From Promethearchaeota archaeon (GTDB taxonomy: Archaea; Asgardarchaeota; Lokiarchaeia; Sigyniarchaeales; SOKP01): a stretch of 17,517 nt of DNA. Positions within the stretch are counted from its first letter, which is position 1; the number at the start of each line of letters is the position of its first letter. The stretch lies in contig JBHLME010000094.1 in the NCBI GenBank assembly GCA_048938445.1, positions 1 to 17,517 on the forward strand. Reading direction: 5' to 3'. Made by a program: the position numbers and the translations under genes. Positions 1-6,886 of the stretch are shown here, one piece after another. Below the pieces are notes generated by a model, which made no database searches, was not told the origin of the DNA, and saw nothing but the letters and a program-made list of their open reading frames with translations.

Positions 1-1
1 C

Positions 2-3000
2 GACTCGGCTGGTAATCTCAACACCGGACCAACTTATACGCTCTATAAAGACACCGTTACTCCTTCGCTTACTGTTGATGCCCCTGGTGATGGCACCTAC
101 CATAATTCGATTTTTAATGTCCAAGCAACCGCCACTGACACCTACTTCGACTCGGTGTGGTATGAATATGGTGGCACCAAGTACCTGCTGACCAGCACCG
201 TGGCAGAACCCCTGAATGGTGGTATCTGGTCAAGTTTAGCTGATGAGCAATCGTTCACGATCCAATTCTTTGCCAACGATTCTGCAGGTAATCTCAATAC
301 AGGTTCCATTTACACTTTATATAAGGACGTTATTGCTCCACGATTAATTGTTAATTCCCCCACTAATTATTCCTATCTTAATGCTATACCATTAATCAAT
401 ATAACTGTTTTCGATGAATTCCTAGAAGAGGATTTTTTCACTTATACAGTAATGGGATATTTTCCAATTAATAACGATTTAACAAATAACACGGCAATTT
501 TATTAGATGTAAATATTTGGAATAACATTGATCCAGGACAGTTCGAAATCGTTATTTATAGTCGTGATAGAGCTAATAATATTAAACAAATATCTATTAT
601 ATTGCATAAAGATCTTCTTGCACCTCAAATTGATATTATAACTCCCGTAGATTTAACTTATTTAAATAGTATTCCAAATATTCAAGCTAATGTTAATGAC
701 ATGTACTTTGATTCATTATGGTACGTAATTGATGGAACCAAAATAATGCTCACTAATGGTATTTCAGAGCCACTTGACTCCGGAATCTGGTCTAGCTTGT
801 CAGATGAACAGTCATTCATAATCGAGTTCTATGCGAATGATTCTGCGGGTAATATTAACGGTTCATATTCCCTAACTTTGTTTAAAGATATTGTAACTCC
901 ATTGCTAACTATCATTGCACCTATAAATAATACTATAATAGATGCTATACCAATGGTGCAAGCAACGGCTTATGATACCTATTTTGATTCAATTTGGTAT
1001 GAAGTTGAGGGAACAAGAGTAATGCTGTCCAATGGTATTTCTGAAGCACTTGACTCTGGTATTTGGTCTAGCTTATCTGACGAAGAGTCCTTTATAATCG
1101 AATTTTATGCGAATGATTCTGCAGGTAATATCAATAATACTTTTTCACTAACATTACATAAAGATATTAAAACACCTGATATCACTATTGAAATTCCATA
1201 TCAAGATAACGATATTTTTGGGAAGGATGCACCTCCTTTTAGGATTTTTATTGATGAGACCAATCTAAATACCACTTGGTACTCGTTATTTATAAATGGA
1301 ACAATTTGGTCTGAAAATATAATCTTAGCACCAGGACAGATATCAGGTTATATTGATACAGATTTATGGAATAGTTGTAATGCAACTGTAATAATTAGGT
1401 TTTATGCCAATGATACCTTAGGGCATATTAATCATGCTGATAGGATAGTTTTTAGGGATATCGAAGCACCAGTTATTACAGTAATTGATCAAATACCTCC
1501 TAATGATTATGTATCAGGGGAGATCTCACCAACTTTACAGATACAAAAAGGTAATGATGTTAACTCTACATGGTATTCAATATTTATTAATAGTACCTAT
1601 TGGTCTGAGAATATTACTTTTACTGAGGATGTTGTTACAATTGATCAAGCAGAATGGGCTAAATGTGGAAATGGTACTGTAGAAATCATGTTTTATTGTA
1701 ATGACTCATATGGAAATATTGGTTTTAGTAATATATTGATGGAAAAAGATATGTATTCTCCTATGGTATTGATTGATATATATCCACTTGAGCAAGATCC
1801 TTACTGTAACGAACCACCATCATTTAATATATCCGCAATTGAACCTCATTTACATAAAGTTTGGTATGGAGTAGAACAAGGTACATTTGGTTATTGTAGT
1901 CAAAATATTTCATTATCAAATTATATTAATCAACAACTTGATATTGGAATATGGGATGATTTAGAAGATGGTGAATTTAAAATATATGTTTATATGAATG
2001 ATACTGCAGGAAATTTTAATTATACTTTGATTTCATTGAAGAAGGATACTTCAGCACCTCAATTTGTAATTAATTCACCTGATTTACCTGATCAATATTC
2101 CTGGAATTCAGAACCATGCCTTAACATTACAGTATTAGATCCAAATCTAGATGATTCTACTTTTATATGTATTGTTAGAGGATTTTGGTCTATGAGTTTG
2201 ACAAATAATACGAATGCATATATTGATTCAGATATATGGGATTTACTCGGTAATGGGGAATTTCTAATATGGATAGAGGCTGCGGATACTTTAGGACATA
2301 ATAATAGGATAAATTTTACTTTATATAAAGATACAAGTGCGCCAATTATATCAATAAATTCACCTGAAAATGGAACTTATTATAAGCAAGAACCAATATT
2401 GAATATCTCCTCCACTGATCTAAACCACGACACACTCTGGTATAGAGTCTTCCAAGAGCAAGGTTCCGTGGATTATTGGAGTGATGATATATCTCTAATA
2501 AATAATTCCGATCAGCAGCTTTTAAATGATATCTGGCTTGATTTAAATGAAGGAATGTTTATCATTTATTTATTTGCAAATGATACGTTTGGATATCTTA
2601 ATGATTCTTGTAGTTTAACATTTTATAAGGATACAGTATTGCCAACAGTATCAATCAATAGTCCGAGTGAATTCGATCTTTTTGGAAGCACCCCTCCAAA
2701 CATTATTATTGATATCAGCGACTCAAGTGGTATTGTTACAAGTTGGTATCGACTCATCGGGGACATCACGACTAGTAATTATCCTTGGACGGGTGAGATC
2801 GATCCTGCGGCATGGATCCAAGTAGGCAATGGCACGGTGACCATCCGGATTTATGCCAATGATAGTGCGGGAAATGTAAACTTTGACGAGGTTATCGTGA
2901 GAAAAGACATTACTCCGCCTGACATTCAAATCAATAACCCCGGAGAATTTGACTTGTATGGGCTCGATGGTCCCGGTGTTTCTGATCTTGACGTGGATTT

Positions 3001-4861
3001 TACCGACCCTAGTGGCATTGATACACGTTGGTATCGACTCATCGGGGACATCACGACTAGTAATTATCCTTGGACGGGTGAGATCGATCCTGCGGCATGG
3101 ATCCAAGTAGGTAATGGCACGGTGACCATCCAGATTTATGCCAATGACAGTGCGGGAAACGTGTACTTTGAAGAGGTGACCGTGAGAAAAGACATTACTC
3201 CGCCTGACATTCAAATCAATAGTCCAGGAGAATTTGACTTGTATGGGCTCGATGGTCCCGGCATTTCTGATCTTGACGTGGATTTTACCGATCCGAGTGG
3301 CATTGATACACGTTGGTATCGACTCATCGGGGACATCACGACTAGTAATTATCCTTGGACGGGTGAGATCGATCCTGCGGCATGGATCCAAGTAGGTAAT
3401 GGCACGGTGACCATCCGGATTTATGCCAATGACATTGCGGGAAACGTGTACTTTGAAGAGGTGACCGTGAGAAAAGACATTACTCCGCCTGATATACAAA
3501 TCAATAGTCCAGGAGAATTCGATTTGTTTGGAGAAACTGCTCCTTCTAGCGTTGATATGGATGTAGAAATCACGGATCCTAGTGGAGTTGATTCCATGTG
3601 GTATAGGTTATGGAATGGAACAATCTTTACAGATATAACTGACTGGTTAGGATATATTGAACAAGCCGATTGGGAGCAAGTTGGCAATGGTGATATTACA
3701 ATTTGCATTTATGCAAATGATACAGTTAACAATATTCAAAACACAAATATAACCGTAATAAAAGATATTGATGCACCAACAATTCAAATCAATGGACCAG
3801 ATGAAAATGAAAAATTTGGAATCAATCCTCCCGAATTTAATATTACTATTATAGAAGGAGGAGGTGCTACAAATTTAACTTGGTATCGTATATGGAATGG
3901 TACAAATTGGTCAGAAAATTATTACTTCACTGGAACTACTGGTACTATAAATCAAACAGCATGGTCTCTTTTAAGAAGTGGGATGATTACAATTGAATTT
4001 TGGATAAATGATATATTATCTAATGAGGGTTGGAGATCAGTAACTATTGAAAAAGACATAGATGGACCCATAATCACCATAATAAGTCCAGATGAAAATC
4101 ATCTGTGTGGAACCACACCTCCATCAATCTCAATAACTTTTAGTGATAGTTGTGATATTAATGAAACTTGGTATCAATTAATTGGTGATGATGCTACTGG
4201 TTATTATAACTGGACAGGTATGATTGATCCTGATTTATGGGGTTCAATATCGAATGGAACGGTTGAATTATGGTTCCTTGCTGAAGATAAATTAGGAAAT
4301 TATGAAGAAAAATCCTTATTATTACGTAAAGATTGTATTGCCCCTTCTATCTCAATAATATTACCTCAAAACAATCAATATGTAGATAGTGGAGCACCGT
4401 TTCTTGAATTATTTATTAGTGATCCTAATTTAGGTAATCAATGTGATTGTTGGTATTCTATAAATGGTGAAACCCCCTTGTATTATTTTTCATGGAAACC
4501 AAATATGATTATAAAGATAGATCAATCTTTATGGACAGGTATATGGGATACCTTATCGCATGGTGATACAATTGAAATTCAAATATTTGTTAACGATACA
4601 GTTGGCAATCTTGGCTCGGAAGTAGTGACGGTAATAAAATTTGTTGAGGAACCATTTGATTTGTTCAAAATATTATCAGGTCCAATGGGAGTAATTATAA
4701 CAGGTGCTATTGCGATTGGTATGACTCCATTATCCATTGGAGTTGTAAGGAGCAGGTTCTATAAATCATTGGCTAAAAAAGATAAGAAAAAAATTATAAT
4801 GATTTTCCTTTTTTCCTTTTTATTATTATCGATGATTTTAATATATTTACTAATACCATGA
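2..4861 (+). CDS. Giant cell-surface protein with tandem Ig-like/cadherin-like repeats and a C-terminal membrane anchor (5'-truncated by the window edge)
   Basis: The frame is open from base 2 (DSAGNLNTGPTYTLYKDTVTP...), so the GTG at 155 is an internal Val. About 16 complete ~92-100 aa repeats follow the pattern KDxxxP-x-I-x-I-x-x-P...WY...W...(Y/F)AND(S/T)xGN. There are many N-x-S/T sequons. The C-terminus has two hydrophobic segments separated by RSRFYKSLAKKDKKK. Confidence 0.9.
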   Translation, partial: DSAGNLNTGPTYTLYKDTVTPSLTVDAPGDGTYHNSIFNVQATATDTYFDSVWYEYGGTKYLLTSTVAEPLNGGIWSSLADEQSFTIQFFANDSAGNLNTGSIYTLYKDVIAPRLIVNSPTNYSYLNAIPLINITVFDEFLEEDFFTYTVMGYFPINNDLTNNTAILLDVNIWNNIDPGQFEIVIYSRDRANNIKQISIILHKDLLAPQIDIITPVDLTYLNSIPNIQANVNDMYFDSLWYVIDGTKIMLTNGISEPLDSGIWSSLSDEQSFIIEFYANDSAGNINGSYSLTLFKDIVTPLLTIIAPINNTIIDAIPMVQATAYDTYFDSIWYEVEGTRVMLSNGISEALDSGIWSSLSDEESFIIEFYANDSAGNINNTFSLTLHKDIKTPDITIEIPYQDNDIFGKDAPPFRIFIDETNLNTTWYSLFINGTIWSENIILAPGQISGYIDTDLWNSCNATVIIRFYANDTLGHINHADRIVFRDIEAPVITVIDQIPPNDYVSGEISPTLQIQKGNDVNSTWYSIFINSTYWSENITFTEDVVTIDQAEWAKCGNGTVEIMFYCNDSYGNIGFSNILMEKDMYSPMVLIDIYPLEQDPYCNEPPSFNISAIEPHLHKVWYGVEQGTFGYCSQNISLSNYINQQLDIGIWDDLEDGEFKIYVYMNDTAGNFNYTLISLKKDTSAPQFVINSPDLPDQYSWNSEPCLNITVLDPNLDDSTFICIVRGFWSMSLTNNTNAYIDSDIWDLLGNGEFLIWIEAADTLGHNNRINFTLYKDTSAPIISINSPENGTYYKQEPILNISSTDLNHDTLWYRVFQEQGSVDYWSDDISLINNSDQQLLNDIWLDLNEGMFIIYLFANDTFGYLNDSCSLTFYKDTVLPTVSINSPSEFDLFGSTPPNIIIDISDSSGIVTSWYRLIGDITTSNYPWTGEIDPAAWIQVGNGTVTIRIYANDSAGNVNFDEVIVRKDITPPDIQINNPGEFDLYGLDGPGVSDLDVDFTDPSGIDTRWYRLIGDITTSNYPWTGEIDPAAWIQVGNGTVTIQIYANDSAGNVYFEEVTVRKDITPPDIQINSPGEFDLYGLDGPGISDLDVDFTDPSGIDTRWYRLIGDITTSNYPWTGEIDPAAWIQVGNGTVTIRIYANDIAGNVYFEEVTVRKDITPPDIQINSPGEFDLFGETAPSSVDMDVEITDPSGVDSMWYRLWNGTIFTDITDWLGYIEQADWEQVGNGDITICIYANDTVNNIQNTNITVIKDIDAPTIQINGPDENEKFGINPPEFNITIIEGGGATNLTWYRIWNGTNWSENYYFTGTTGTINQTAWSLLRSGMITIEFWINDILSNEGWRSVTIEKDIDGPIITIISPDENHLCGTTPPSISITFSDSCDINETWYQLIGDDATGYYNWTGMIDPDLWGSISNGTVELWFLAEDKLGNYEEKSLLLRKDCIAPSISIILPQNNQYVDSGAPFLELFISDPNLGNQCDCWYSINGETPLYYFSWKPNMIIKIDQSLWTGIWDTLSHGDTIEIQIFVNDTVGNLGSEVVTVIKFVEEPFDLFKILSGPMGVIITGAIAIGMTPLSIGVVRSRFYKSLAKKDKKKIIMIFLFSFLLLSMILIYLLIP
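700..1146 (+). repeat. Older diverged intragenic duplication, 276-bp (92-aa) period
   Basis: TATGCGAATGATTCTGC occurs at 830 and 1106. Protein copies read NGISEPLDSGIWSSLSDEQSFIIEFYANDSAGNIN and NGISEALDSGIWSSLSDEESFIIEFYANDSAGNIN. Confidence 0.9.
2726..3527 (+). repeat. Near-identical intragenic tandem repeat, 285-bp (95-aa) period, about 2.8 copies
   Basis: TGGTATCGACTCATCGGGGACATCACGACTAGT starts at 2744, 3029 and 3314 (spacing 285). Copies differ by only scattered substitutions. Confidence 0.97.
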
Positions 4862-4942
4862 GAGGAATAAAGGTAATTTTATTATAATTAAAAATTCTTA
4901 TTAGATCCTAATTAGTAGATAAGAATTATAACAATCCATAAA

Positions 4943-5401
4943 ATGTCAAAAAAAGAAATTAAAACTAAAGAGTTAATTCGAGAATATTTATTAAATGAAG
5001 GGCTTCTGCGAGAAAATTTACCTGATCCTCAATCTAAATTTGAATTCGGATTTATCTTTTCTTTCCCACCGGGACAAGAGAAACAAAAAATGAGTGTTTT
5101 TAAACTAAAAAATAAAAACTTTATTATAATAGTACTTAGAACACAACTTTCTCAATCTCATATTAAATTTCTACAATCTTCAAAAGATGATATTGCTTCT
5201 AGATTTTTCAGAGCTTTAAGGAGATTTTTCATTATTAAAGAAGTTTATTTTCGAATTGAACTCCAAAATTATAGATATGAAATAAATGATCAAATTTTTA
5301 TTAATAAAGATGGATATATTTCAAAAAATAAGTTTTATAATAGTATTAAAAAGCTTTTTTATTGTTTTATATATAGAGGAATATTCATTAGGGAAACTTA
5401 A
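4943..5401 (+). CDS. DUF2299-like archaeal protein, probably frameshifted near its 3' end (natural end likely 5450)
   Basis: The N-terminus (IREYLLNEG...FEFGFIFSFPPG) and the FYNSIKKLFY segment resemble the archaeal DUF2299 family as I recall it. The +1 frame 5373-5450 encodes IEEYSLGKLKSPDKFYSNFDFSLYS*, a family-like C-terminus. Confidence 0.65.
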   Translation: MSKKEIKTKELIREYLLNEGLLRENLPDPQSKFEFGFIFSFPPGQEKQKMSVFKLKNKNFIIIVLRTQLSQSHIKFLQSSKDDIASRFFRALRRFFIIKEVYFRIELQNYRYEINDQIFINKDGYISKNKFYNSIKKLFYCFIYRGIFIRET

Positions 5402-5755
5402 ATCACCAGATAAATTTTATTCTAATTTTGATTTTTCTTTATATTCATAAATATTTTTAACATTTATTAAAAAGAAATGAAAATCTTAGTAGGATATTAT
5501 TTAAAATTAAAAATAAAAATCATTTTTAACCTAAAGGCTTATGTAAATTCAAAAGATATAAATAAGTTGATTTTATTTTAATTTCTAATCGAAATTTGAA
5601 GGTATTATGAAAATATTAAAGCAATTAATTAATCATATTTTAAAAGCAAGGACTAAATTAACAAAAAAGCAATTTTTTATAAGAATAAAAAAGTAAACCA
5701 TTAAGAAATATTAATCCCATTTTTTCATAGGACAAAAAGGAACCGCAAATTAATC

Positions 5756-5769
5756 AAAAAGTTTAAATA
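5756..5769 (+). promoter_or_regulatory. Putative BRE/TATA promoter for the 5879 gene
   Basis: Purine run AAAAAG followed by TTTAAATA (5762-5769), which would put the TSS near 5790-5797. SD-like AGGTGA lies at 5834-5839. The AT-rich background limits certainty. Confidence 0.45.
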
Positions 5770-5790
5770 CTGATAAATCATAACTATACA

Positions 5791-5816
5791 TTGATATTTC
5801 TTTAAAGAAATATCAA
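5791..5816. promoter_or_regulatory. Perfect 26-bp palindrome (operator or 5' hairpin)
   Basis: TTGATATTTCTTTAAAGAAATATCAA equals its own reverse complement. The palindrome is certain and its function is inferred. Confidence 0.7.
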
Positions 5817-5878
5817 GTTTTTATGAAATCCTAAGGTGATGAAAGCAGATTAGAACGGATGTTTCCAATGAAGAAACC

Positions 5879-6556
5879 ATGGAAAGTTATTCTAGAAATA
5901 CAAAATGGATACTTATTACATCTGTTCTTGTGAGTGTTATGTTTGGAGTTGGTGCTGGTATTGGTTTGGTTATTTTTTTTGAAGAAAATAATACAAATCA
6001 AATTGTATTACCTGAATTTATCAATGGGAATGAATACGTATCAATACGTCAACAATGTACGTCAGCTGATCACATTGTCCAACAAGGTTGGATTGATTGT
6101 ACAGTTAACATTCCTTATGAAATTCCTTACAATATAGAAGAAGCAGATCTTGCAGATTGGTCAATAGTCTGTGAGGTTATGGGAGGTTATGAACCTCTCT
6201 CAACTCAAGTTACTTTATACCAAGAAGTAAATGGTCAAACTATCTGGTTAGGCTTGCTCAAAGTTGAATGGGAGCACACCTTTGATCCAGGTACATGGCC
6301 TGTCCCATCAGTTGGATGTACACCAGACATTTGGACTGGTACTTTCCACTTATGGGATTGTAACAACCCTATATTATCATGGAGCAGTTATTACCCTGAG
6401 ATGTTGGGAGACTGCATTATATTAGGTGATAAATCAGGTTTATTAGAAGATGTCAAGCCAGTTGACATTGTGATCAACACCAATTGGGAGGGTTGCACTC
6501 CATTTGATGTAATATTGATACAAGAAAATTTATTCTCAAAAACCAACTCCATATAA
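5879..6556 (+). CDS. Hypothetical N-terminally membrane-anchored or secreted protein
   Basis: 225-aa ORF with a hydrophobic helix (WILITSVLVSVMFGVGAGIGLVIFF) followed by an acidic, Cys/Trp/Pro-rich, beta-type domain. No family recognised. The start could be the in-frame ATT at 5849. Confidence 0.8.
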   Translation: MESYSRNTKWILITSVLVSVMFGVGAGIGLVIFFEENNTNQIVLPEFINGNEYVSIRQQCTSADHIVQQGWIDCTVNIPYEIPYNIEEADLADWSIVCEVMGGYEPLSTQVTLYQEVNGQTIWLGLLKVEWEHTFDPGTWPVPSVGCTPDIWTGTFHLWDCNNPILSWSSYYPEMLGDCIILGDKSGLLEDVKPVDIVINTNWEGCTPFDVILIQENLFSKTNSI

Positions 6557-6585
6557 ATTTTCATCATCCATGTATCTAGAATTCC

Positions 6586-6612
6586 TTTTTCTAATTCTAA
6601 TCTTTTTTTTTT
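6586..6612 (+). terminator. Oligo-T archaeal terminator
   Basis: T-rich stretch including T10 at 6603-6612, shortly after the stop at 6556. Confidence 0.5.
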
Positions 6613-6886
6613 CATCTAATTTTTATGTATATTTTTCTAATTTTTTAAATTACTATTGATATTTTTAAGCTAATTAAATCTGTAGAAAATAATAATTTTC
6701 AGTAGATCCTTGTAGAAATCATGGATTAAAATAATTAGTTTAAGTTAATATTAGAATTTCTAATTTATCATAGGAAATAAAAGAATAATATTATTGGTTA
6801 CATTTAAGATTAGGCTTGAATTATTTAATTTATAATGAGGGATTGAAATGTAATAGACCTCAAGATGATCATAATATAATCTAAAA

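Noticed and set aside
155-157. GTG start of the surface protein as given in the ORF track
   Set aside because: The frame stays open and repeat-like back to base 2, and there is no signal peptide at 155.
2723-3499. 258-aa minus-strand ORF
   Set aside because: Antisense shadow of the GC-rich 285-bp repeat. One stop-free unit repeated explains its length.
700-3527. Repeat pairs as a diversity-generating retroelement TR/VR or a CRISPR array
   Set aside because: Differences are not adenine-specific, all copies are in-frame domain duplications, there are no unique spacers, and no reverse transcriptase or cas gene is present.
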